This document shows positions 31,193 to 39,137 of a stretch of DNA of 40,000 bases, piece by piece; position 1 is the stretch's first letter, and every line of letters starts with the position of its first letter. A model generated the notes under the pieces. The model did no database searches. It saw only the letters and a list, made by a program, of their open reading frames with translations, and was not told the origin of the DNA. Source of the DNA: Dehalococcoidia bacterium (GTDB taxonomy: Bacteria > Chloroflexota > Dehalococcoidia > Lucifugimonadales > UBA1123); NCBI GenBank assembly GCA_965217725.1, contig OZ244564.1, positions 97,807 to 137,806 of the forward strand, given 5' to 3'. The translations under genes and the position numbers were made by a program.

Positions 31193-32458
31193 TCAGATTA
31201 ACAAAGGTTGGATGGACGTGTCGGACTCGTTCGCGTCTGGCCATACCTTTACCACTCCGAACTGCCCATCGAATCCAGGCTCTATGTGGATGCTGCCCGA
31301 CCGCACCCGCTCGATGCCCTCGGCGAGCCGGTCGCCATGAGATGGAAGAGCATCTGCCAGATCAGACATCGGCGCGTCCAACAGCACCTTCATCTCGTTG
31401 CCGAACGTCTCCACGAGGCTCATGTACGCTGTACGAACGCGCTTGGTGTTCACGCCGACGCCCAGCGTCTCCGAGAGTACCTGTTGCAGCGATACCATCG
31501 ACCTGAACGGCGGTCTGCCGTCGGCGGAGCTGACCAGCCCGTCCTCGTCCACAGCGGACTTAGCCTCTCTACGAGCGAGCTCTTCGACACGCTGCGTCAC
31601 GCCGAGCGTCATTGCGCGGCCGCAGACAGGGCAGGCTTTGCCGATGGTGGCGACCTCTTCAGGATCGTATCGGACACCGCACTTGCGATGTCCTGAGAGG
31701 TGGTACTTCCCCTCTTCAGGAAAGAACTCGATCGTGTATGCGATGTCCTGCGACCTCAGCGACTCGACCAGCCCGTCGTAGCTCAGATCGCCTTTGAAGA
31801 CGGTCAACTCGCGGGCCAGCTTGGGCAGCGAGTGGGCGTCCGAGAACGACACGATAGACAGATTGTCCAGGTCGGGGACGCGCCAGCACATAGTGGGATC
31901 GGCGGACAGGCCCGTCTCCACCGCGATGACGTGCTGCGAGAGGTCGCCGAAGCACTCCTCTAGGGAGTCGAAACCGGACTTGGAGCCGAACAGTCCGAAC
32001 CACGGCGTCCACACGTGGGCAGGGATGACAAAGCAGCGAGGGTCGATGTCGAGCAGCATCTCCGTAAGGTCACGGGGTGACATCTTCAGCGTCGGCCTGC
32101 CGTCGCCGTCCAGCTTGGCGCCGGTGTCGGCGAGCGCGACGTTGATGGCGGCAACAGTGTCGAGGCTGGGCGCGAACGCCAGCATGTGGGTCCGCCGTCC
32201 GCGGCCGTCAACGCGAGCGACGCAGCTGACCTCGGTTCCGAGAATGAATTTTACGCCGCCGTGCTCGTATAGCCCGTTGCCCGTGTCGGTCAGCTTGGTG
32301 CTGGACTCTTCAAACCACTCTGGCTGGGTGAAGTCCGCAGACGCCAGTAGATCGATGCCCTTTAACTTTGCCCAGTTAGCCAGGTTCTCGAAGTTCAGGT
32401 CTCGACTTGTCGCGTATGCGTAGGATGAGTGGACATGCAGGTCGGCGGTGTATGTCAT
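31193..32458 (-). CDS. endonuclease Q family protein (PHP-like domain + zinc finger)
   Basis: 'ADLHVHSSYAYATS', 'GIDLLASADFTQPEWF' and 'GKYHLSGHRKCGVRYDPEE..CPVCGRAMTLGVTQRVEELA'. Confidence 0.75.
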   Translation of the reverse strand: MTYTADLHVHSSYAYATSRDLNFENLANWAKLKGIDLLASADFTQPEWFEESSTKLTDTGNGLYEHGGVKFILGTEVSCVARVDGRGRRTHMLAFAPSLDTVAAINVALADTGAKLDGDGRPTLKMSPRDLTEMLLDIDPRCFVIPAHVWTPWFGLFGSKSGFDSLEECFGDLSQHVIAVETGLSADPTMCWRVPDLDNLSIVSFSDAHSLPKLARELTVFKGDLSYDGLVESLRSQDIAYTIEFFPEEGKYHLSGHRKCGVRYDPEEVATIGKACPVCGRAMTLGVTQRVEELARREAKSAVDEDGLVSSADGRPPFRSMVSLQQVLSETLGVGVNTKRVRTAYMSLVETFGNEMKVLLDAPMSDLADALPSHGDRLAEGIERVRSGSIHIEPGFDGQFGVVKVWPDANESDTSIQPLLI

Positions 32459-32590
32459 ACGACGATCTTATCACCTGGGGATGATACCCGCGCTCACAAG
32501 GTACGCCCGCGACCCGCTGCTGACGTGAGACTGCGGTATAATGCGAATCGTGAAGATCGGGAGCCTCGTCTCCGATCTGGGAGGCCAGCC

Positions 32591-33382
32591 ATGACTACCA
32601 GCGCAGCCGGTGTGACCATGCTGCCCTATAAGCGGCAGGGTGACATCGACTACTCCAGTCTCGAATTCGATCCTGATCTCGGTGAGCGACCACCCGACCA
32701 CATGCAGCAAGTTAGAGAAATATGGGAGTTTCTGGATCTGATCCAGGCGTGGTTGGGGGATTTCTATCGCAGACCCGATGTGTTCATCGACAGTGGCAAC
32801 TTCATCTGTTACGACCGGCGCAATCTGAATGTCAGGGTCGCGCCCGACGTCTATGTTGCGTTAGGGGTGGATGCGGACGCGATTCGCTCTCGCAGACTGT
32901 ACCTGCCCTGGGAGGTAGGTAAGCCGCCTGACTGGGTGTTCGAGGTCGTGTCGGAGAGCACCAGTCATGTGGATACGGGCCGCAAACGCCGCATCTACGC
33001 CGGGATCGGCATCTCAGAGTACTGGCGGTTCGATCCATCGGGCGGCGAATATCACGGACAGCCTCTGGCGGGTGAACGGCTGGTCGATGGAATCTACTAG
33101 CCCATTGAATTGACCACGGAACCGGATGGCATACTGAAGGGGTATTCCAACGCACTTGGGATCAGCCTGTGCTGGGGCGATGGCAGGCCGCGTATCTATA
33201 ACCCGGCGACCGGCGAATATCTGCGCAGTGCGGTCGAGGTGCGCGAGCTGCTTGGACAGAGTGAGGAGGCTATCGAAACGGGGCGCGAGCAGCTCGATCG
33301 GATGGAGGCGGAGCTCCAGGAAGAGCGCGTCGAGACCAGGCGTTTGCGTGAGCGGCTCCGCCGACTGGAGTCGGGGGGCTGA
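32591..33382 (+). pseudogene. Uma2-family (DUF820) endonuclease interrupted by one in-frame TAG
   Basis: ATG at 32591 follows GGGAGG. 'PDVYVALGVD', 'PDWVFEVVSESTSHVDTGRKRRIYAGIGISEYWRFDP' and 'GERLVDGIY' precede TAG (33098-33100). The same frame continues 'PIELTTEPDGILKGYSNALGISLCWGDGRPRIYNPATGEYL' plus a coiled-coil tail (track ORF 33110-33382). Confidence 0.7.
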
Positions 33383-33446
33383 TTGGCTCTGCACCTCATC
33401 AAAACTAGTATCGTTTCCAGATGAAATTGACGGATGATCCGCCCAA

Positions 33447-33527
33447 CCGTCATTCCGGCGAAGGCCGGAATCCAGAGGGGCAGGGCAACGCTCTTATCGA
33501 AGCCACCGACCAAATTGATACAGCATC
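33447..33527 (+). repeat. 81-bp repeat, copy 2 (100% identical to 25463-25543)
   Basis: Read base by base; same orientation as copy 1; start-to-start distance 7,984 bp. Confidence 0.95.
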
Positions 33528-33544
33528 CGACCGTTTCAGTGTGG

Positions 33545-33571
33545 TTGACACAGTGGCCTGTTTCAGATAAT
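33545..33571 (+). promoter_or_regulatory. promoter-like TTGACA-N15-GATAAT, 17 nt downstream of 81-bp repeat copy 2
   Basis: TTGACA at 33545-33550 and GATAAT at 33566-33571, facing the SulP gene (TTG 33739). Confidence 0.4.
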
Positions 33572-33738
33572 TAACCATTGATGCTTAGTGCATTCCAACT
33601 TAGTGGCTCTTGTTCCCGATTGTCCGGTACTCGCCGTCCTGTGCGAAATGCCGAACTTCGCTTGGGATAAGCCTCCTCTAAGTTGAAACAGATTCGACAG
33701 CGACGACCGGGGCACGTGCGTCGTGAGAGTCTTACTAT

Positions 33739-35373
33739 TTGAAATCGTTGAGAGCTAAGTTTAGCTATGACCTACAGACGTTCCGTGGGGACGTCTTCGG
33801 AGGCGTCACCTCGGCGGTGGTCGGTCTTCCTGTGGCGCTCGCATTTGGCGTTGCGTCAGGCTTGGGGGCGCTAGCCGGCATCTACGGAGCGATCGCCGTA
33901 GGCTTCCTCGCTGCCGTGTTCGGCGGAACGCGGTCCCAGATATCCGGCCCCACAGGTCCTATGGCCGTCGCGATGGCGGTCATCGTCACAATCCACGCGG
34001 ACAGCCTCGCCAAGGCATTCACGATAGTCATCATGGCGGGGCTGATACAGATCCTTCTGGGCGCTTTCAGAATCGGCCGCTTCGTGTCCTACACCCCTTA
34101 CTCGGTCATATCGGGGTTCATGTCGGGCATCGGAATAATCATCATATTGATACAGACCCTGCCTTTCCTGGGAAAAACCGTCGCCACGGGCGGACCGATT
34201 GGGGCCATCCGCGCATGGCCTGATGCCATTAGCGACCTCAACTACGGGGCACTCATTATCGCTGCCGTGACGCTCATCGTGGGTGTGGTCTGGCCGGAAA
34301 GGCTCAGGAAGTATCTTCCTCCAACCCTGGTCGCATTGGTCGCGGGGACGCTTCTGGGTGTGTTGTGGCTGAAGGATACGCCGCTGATTGGCCACGTGCC
34401 GACCGGTCTGCCGATCGCTCAGCTGCCGGACCTCTCGCTCAACGTGTTGCTGGACGCGGTGCAGCCGGCGTTGACGATCGCACTGCTGGGATCGATAGAC
34501 AGCCTGCTCACTTCGTTGGTCGCCGACTCGATGACCCGCACGCGCCACAACCCGGATAGGGAGCTCATGGGCCAGGGCATTGGTAATATGGCCGCGGGGT
34601 TCATCTCGGCGCTACCCGGCGCCGGGGCGACGCTGGGAACGGTGGTGAATATACGAGCGGGTGGACGAACACAGCTCTCGGGAGTCATACGGGCGGCGAT
34701 TCTGGTGACGCTGGTCTTGGGTCTTGGAAGGTACGTCGAGGCGATTCCACATGCGGCCCTGGCGGGTATCCTGATGAAGGTCGGCTGGGACATCATAGAT
34801 TGGCGTTTTCTGACTAGGATTCGCCATATTCAGCGGGAACACCTTCTGGTAATGCTCATTACACTGAGTCTCACTGTGTTCCTCGATCTGATTACGGCCG
34901 TGGCGATAGGGCTGATCGCCGCTGGAATGGCCAGCGCGCGCCAGTTCGAGCGCCTCGAGTTGGACAGTGTGATCTCCGTGCCGCTGCTCGACCAGATTTT
35001 CTTCGATCTGGAACACTCGGACGATTTGGACCCATTCTCAGCGCAAGTCGGTCTCGTGGCGCTCAGGGGCAGTTTCACCGTCGCGTCGTCCAACAAGCTG
35101 ATAAACACGATCAGCGTGGACATCCGAGACCACGAGGTGGTCATCCTTGACTTCTCCGACTCCGTTTACATCGACGACAGCGCCGCTCTGGTTGTGGAGC
35201 AGATGATCGATTCCGCCATAGCGCAGGATACAGAGTGCATCGTGATCGGGCTTTCAGGTCCGTCCGCCGAGACCATTCGGGCTCTCAACGTTCTGAAGAG
35301 TGTTCCCGAAGACCACGAAGTTGAAACTTTGGACGAGGCAAGGGAGATTGCAAGGCGCATTCTGAATATCTAG
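33739..35373 (+). CDS. SulP-family anion transporter with C-terminal STAS domain
   Basis: 'GGVTSAVVGLPVALAFGVASG', many TM segments, and a C-terminal 'VVILDFSDSVYIDDSAALVVEQMI' STAS-like region. TTG start. Confidence 0.9.
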   Translation: MKSLRAKFSYDLQTFRGDVFGGVTSAVVGLPVALAFGVASGLGALAGIYGAIAVGFLAAVFGGTRSQISGPTGPMAVAMAVIVTIHADSLAKAFTIVIMAGLIQILLGAFRIGRFVSYTPYSVISGFMSGIGIIIILIQTLPFLGKTVATGGPIGAIRAWPDAISDLNYGALIIAAVTLIVGVVWPERLRKYLPPTLVALVAGTLLGVLWLKDTPLIGHVPTGLPIAQLPDLSLNVLLDAVQPALTIALLGSIDSLLTSLVADSMTRTRHNPDRELMGQGIGNMAAGFISALPGAGATLGTVVNIRAGGRTQLSGVIRAAILVTLVLGLGRYVEAIPHAALAGILMKVGWDIIDWRFLTRIRHIQREHLLVMLITLSLTVFLDLITAVAIGLIAAGMASARQFERLELDSVISVPLLDQIFFDLEHSDDLDPFSAQVGLVALRGSFTVASSNKLINTISVDIRDHEVVILDFSDSVYIDDSAALVVEQMIDSAIAQDTECIVIGLSGPSAETIRALNVLKSVPEDHEVETLDEAREIARRILNI

Positions 35374-35483
35374 TGCTCAGCGCTCCGGTCGAATCTCAAG
35401 CGGGCCTCCGTTTGACCCTCCTTCACTTCGGTACTACAATCTCCCCCACCGTGGACACATGACTTCCCAGGAGTGTCAGGACT

Positions 35484-36716
35484 ATGGACTTCGAGCCTCG
35501 ATACACGCCGGAGCAGCAGGAGTTTAGGCAGCAGGTCAAGGACTGGCTGGAACAAAATGTGCCGGACGGTCTCGAGTATCCTGCGGACTCGATGGACCTC
35601 AGCTATGAAGGTTACTTAAAGCTGCGAGACCTGGGCGGAAGGCTGGGAGGGAAGGGCTGGCTGTGGCCCACCGCTCCGACCGAGTACGGCGGAGGCGGGC
35701 TTTCCATAGACCACGCAATCGTGATCGAGGAGGAGCTCGACGGGTACGATCTATCTTTGCCGCCGTACTATGACAGCGGCGGTCGACTCGGCGGCGCCAG
35801 CGTTCTCGTGTGGGGCACCGAAGAGCAGAAAGACCACTTCCTCCCGCCCATCTTCAGGGGAGAGGTGCGCACCTGGCAGCTTCTGACCGAACCCGGCGCG
35901 GGGTCGGACCTGGCAGGCGTGCAGATGAGCGCCGTACGAGACGGCGATGACTTCGTACTCAACGGACAGAAGGTGTACGTCGGCAGCTCGCACGGGGCCG
36001 AGATGCTGTGGACGATCACGCGCAGTGACCCGGATGGCGAGCGTCACCACAATCTGAGCTGGTTCATGGTGCCGACTGACACAGAGGGCATCACGATACA
36101 GCCGATGGACCTGCTCATAACCAGCGGCGAGGGCGGAGCCGGAACCGGCGCCAAGAACACGATCTTCTTCGACGACGTGCGCGTGCCGGCGTTCAACCTG
36201 ATCGGCGGGGAGAACAAAGGCTGGCAGGTTGCGACCACGCACCTGGAGCTCGAACACGGCTCCGGCGGCACTATCCGTCGAAATCGCCTGGTTGACAGAC
36301 TGTTCGAGTACGCCGCCAGCCTGAAGCAGAACGGTCAGTCTCTGACCGGGGATCCTGAAATCAGGGAGCTGCTGGTGGACGTGCTCGTGGAGGCTGAGAT
36401 CTCACGCCTGTTCGGTCTGCGCAACTACTGGATGCGCCACGCAGGTCAGAAGCTGGCTCACGAAGGACCTCAGCACTCGCTGTACAGGAAGCAGTCCGGT
36501 CTGAGGTCAGCCGAGGCCATGTTGAAGGTGCTGGGCCCCTATGCGCTGACCGACGATCCCAAGTGGGACCAGTCCGATGGTCACATGGAAGTGTTCCAGC
36601 GGTCGAGCATCGTTGCGATGCATCCCGGCGGCACGGCTGAGATACAGAAGGTCATCATGGCCCGCCGTCTCGGCATCGGACGCCAGGTGAGGGAGCAGGC
36701 AGGAAGACTGGAGTAG
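35484..36716 (+). CDS. acyl-CoA dehydrogenase family protein (full length)
   Basis: 'WGTEEQKDHFLPP', 'TEPGAGSDLAGV', 'GWQVATTHLELEHGS' and a C-terminal helical domain. Confidence 0.9.
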   Translation: MDFEPRYTPEQQEFRQQVKDWLEQNVPDGLEYPADSMDLSYEGYLKLRDLGGRLGGKGWLWPTAPTEYGGGGLSIDHAIVIEEELDGYDLSLPPYYDSGGRLGGASVLVWGTEEQKDHFLPPIFRGEVRTWQLLTEPGAGSDLAGVQMSAVRDGDDFVLNGQKVYVGSSHGAEMLWTITRSDPDGERHHNLSWFMVPTDTEGITIQPMDLLITSGEGGAGTGAKNTIFFDDVRVPAFNLIGGENKGWQVATTHLELEHGSGGTIRRNRLVDRLFEYAASLKQNGQSLTGDPEIRELLVDVLVEAEISRLFGLRNYWMRHAGQKLAHEGPQHSLYRKQSGLRSAEAMLKVLGPYALTDDPKWDQSDGHMEVFQRSSIVAMHPGGTAEIQKVIMARRLGIGRQVREQAGRLE

Positions 36717-36739
36717 GCAGAGTTCGACACCCAGTTTGA

Positions 36740-37078
36740 ATGGTGAAGAAAATGGACAAGATCGTCCGAGACAAACATGACGAAATCGTCGCGTTGTGTA
36801 AGCAACACAAAGTAAACAGGCTCCATGTTATCGGGTCTGTGAGCGACTGCCTGCATGAGACCGGTATGCGCGACCTCGACTTTCTCGCTAGGTTCGATGA
36901 CCCCGATCCGTATCGAAAAGGTCTAAGATCCCTCTACTTCAATTTCATAGTCGCCTTGGAGGATCTGTTCGAAGGACATGCGGATCATCTGCTTGTGGCA
37001 GTGGAGGGTGAGTTAGGCGACCCGTACCTAAAACGGATGATAGAAGAATCGAAGGAGCTGCTCTATGCCGCCGCCTGA
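36740..37078 (+). CDS. mntA: nucleotidyltransferase-domain antitoxin (MntA-like, type VII TA)
   Basis: 'HVIGSVSD...RDLDFLARFD' is a minimal-NTase GS..D.D pattern. It overlaps the downstream DUF86 gene by 14 nt. Confidence 0.7.
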   Translation: MVKKMDKIVRDKHDEIVALCKQHKVNRLHVIGSVSDCLHETGMRDLDFLARFDDPDPYRKGLRSLYFNFIVALEDLFEGHADHLLVAVEGELGDPYLKRMIEESKELLYAAA

Positions 37079-37418
37079 TGCGGTAAAGCTTCTACAATAC
37101 TTACAGAACGCTGCGGAGCTGATCTTGCAGTTCATCGAGACAAAGGACTTCGCAGGGTACAACCAAAACGTGATGCTGCAGTCGGCGGTGGAGAGGCAAC
37201 TCATAGTCGTTGGAGAAGCGGTCAACGTATTGTCGAGACTCAATCCTGAAGCAGCGTTTCGTATAACAGATTACCCTCGGATCATTGCGTTCAGAAATCG
37301 ATTGGTACACACATTTTTCACTGTGGACAACAGGATAGTGTGGCAAGTTGTGAATAGCGACATTATCACCCTCTACAGGGAAGCCTCCGAGCTGCTACAG
37401 GAATTCGAGGAAAGCTGA
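37065..37418 (+). CDS. hepT: DUF86/HepT HEPN-domain toxin
   Basis: Rx4H motif 'RNRLVH' followed by 'TFFTVDNRIVWQVV', typical of DUF86. Confidence 0.8.
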   Translation: MPPPDAVKLLQYLQNAAELILQFIETKDFAGYNQNVMLQSAVERQLIVVGEAVNVLSRLNPEAAFRITDYPRIIAFRNRLVHTFFTVDNRIVWQVVNSDIITLYREASELLQEFEES

Positions 37419-38537
37419 ATGGACCTATCCCTAACGGAAGAGCAAGAACTCCTCAGAAGCACGGCTCGCGACTTCATGCAGAGGGAGTGCTCCAAGGAGG
37501 CGCTGCTGGAGTTCGACGAGTCCGACTTCGGCTGCTCCGACGACGTATGGCAGAAGGCGTCGGACATCGGCTGGCTCGGCATGATGGTGCCGGAGGAGTA
37601 CGGGGGTTCGGGCAGCTCGCTGACTGACGCGGCAGTCGTCTATGAGCAGCTCGGCGCCGGACCGCTGACAGGCCCATTCTTCTCGTCGGGAGTGCTTGGG
37701 GCGCTGATCGTCGCTGAGGCCGGGACTGACGAACAGAAGCGACGCTGGCTCCCCAATATCGCAAGCGGACGCGAGATCGTATCTCTGGCGCTGACCGAGC
37801 CGGACTACGGCTGGGAGTCGAGCAGCATCCAGATGCGCGCCCAGCCGACGGACTCAGGGTACGCTCTGAGCGGCACGAAGTTGTTCGTCCATGACGCTTC
37901 CGCGGCGACGACGTTTATTTGCGCGGTCCGCGGACGTGGACAGGAGGGCGTCACGCTGATGATGGTGGATGCCCGCGCTCCGGGCCTCTCAACAAGATTG
38001 CTGTCCGGGTTCATGGGGTGGGTAGGCGAGGTGACCTTCGAGGACGTAGAGGTTCAGGCAGCCGCGGTTCTGGGTGAGGTGGGAGGCGGATGGCAGCCTT
38101 TGCAGCGGGCGTTCCAGAAGGCGATCCCGGTGCTTTGCGCCTACAAGGTGGGTGGCGCGCAGTCGGTTTTCGACATGACCCTGGAGTACTCGCGCACGCG
38201 CATCCAGTTCGGCACTCCGATCGGCAGGTTCCAGCGCGTCCAGGACCACATAGTTGAGATGGTAAACCACTTGGACTCTGCCCGCTGGACGACCTACGAG
38301 GCGGTCTGGAAGCTCGACGCGGGCCGACCGGACCCCACCAGCGTCCACCTGGCCAAGGCCGTGGCATCGGAGGGTTACTATCAAGGCTGCAACCACTCTC
38401 ACGAGGTCCACGCCGGTATTGGTGTCGTGCGAGAGTACGGCCTGACGCTGCACACGCAGATGTCACGCACCCTCTACCACTACCTGGGAGACCCCAGGTT
38501 CCACCGCCGCCGCATAGGAGAAACGCTGGGGCTCTAG
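37419..38537 (+). CDS. acyl-CoA dehydrogenase
   Basis: 'MDLSLTEEQELLRSTARDF', 'LALTEPDYGWESS', and 'EYSRTRIQFGTPIGRFQRVQDHIVEM' with the QxxQ motif region. Confidence 0.9.
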   Translation: MDLSLTEEQELLRSTARDFMQRECSKEALLEFDESDFGCSDDVWQKASDIGWLGMMVPEEYGGSGSSLTDAAVVYEQLGAGPLTGPFFSSGVLGALIVAEAGTDEQKRRWLPNIASGREIVSLALTEPDYGWESSSIQMRAQPTDSGYALSGTKLFVHDASAATTFICAVRGRGQEGVTLMMVDARAPGLSTRLLSGFMGWVGEVTFEDVEVQAAAVLGEVGGGWQPLQRAFQKAIPVLCAYKVGGAQSVFDMTLEYSRTRIQFGTPIGRFQRVQDHIVEMVNHLDSARWTTYEAVWKLDAGRPDPTSVHLAKAVASEGYYQGCNHSHEVHAGIGVVREYGLTLHTQMSRTLYHYLGDPRFHRRRIGETLGL

Positions 38538-38576
38538 CGCCAGCCTCTCACTTCAATGATCGGAGACGTCTTCGCC

Positions 38577-39137
38577 CTACTCGTACGTTACCAAATCCAA
38601 CCTTTCAAGGTAATCTACAACTCTATCTACGCTCGGCCTTGAGATGTTCCAGCCAAGATCGTCAGCCTGTCCCCTGATCTGTCCGATAGTAGCCTCGCCG
38701 CGGTCAGAGAGAATAAAGTGGACTTTTGCTGCTATAGAGATGGTGTTGATATCTGAAGCAATACCTGACTCGTTGATCTTGTCGAGGTATGGACGGTATG
38801 GGTCCACGATTTCTGGCCGCTGATTGACAACACGTTGGCCCGATTCGCTAAGGCTGTAGTCAAAGCGGCTCATTTCTCCAAAAGTGGTAGGTATGCCGTA
38901 ACGGACTCGAGTCTCTTCAATGAAATCTGCTTCAATCAGTGTGCCCAATGCTGTTGACACGATTGAACTATACGGGCCGTAGAAATGCGGCCTGAATCCG
39001 AAATTCTCGCATGTGAGCACTGACAAGAAATACATCTTCTTTTGAATCAGCGTTCTGCCGCGGGTGACTCCCGTCTCAGAAGACGGCTGAGTTGGTTTTG
39101 CATCAAGTATTGCTAGGACGGCATCGGACACACTCAT
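38577..39137 (-). CDS. Panacea/DUF4065 (SocA-like antitoxin)-like protein with C-terminal wHTH-like region
   Basis: 'TLIQKKMYFLSVL..GFRPHFYGPYSSIVSTALGTL' resembles the Panacea pattern (KLQKLLYF...YGPV...V). Its ATG overlaps the upstream stop (GCATGA), with GGAGG 6 nt upstream. AT-rich. Confidence 0.4.
   Translation of the reverse strand: MSVSDAVLAILDAKPTQPSSETGVTRGRTLIQKKMYFLSVLTCENFGFRPHFYGPYSSIVSTALGTLIEADFIEETRVRYGIPTTFGEMSRFDYSLSESGQRVVNQRPEIVDPYRPYLDKINESGIASDINTISIAAKVHFILSDRGEATIGQIRGQADDLGWNISRPSVDRVVDYLERLDLVTYE

Noticed and set aside
33098-33100. The in-frame TAG in the Uma2 gene considered as a pyrrolysine or programmed recoding site.
   Set aside because: No pyl genes or PYLIS-like context are visible, and other genes in the window terminate at TAG (for example 3796-3798 and 5877-5879). 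A nonsense mutation or sequencing error is more parsimonious.
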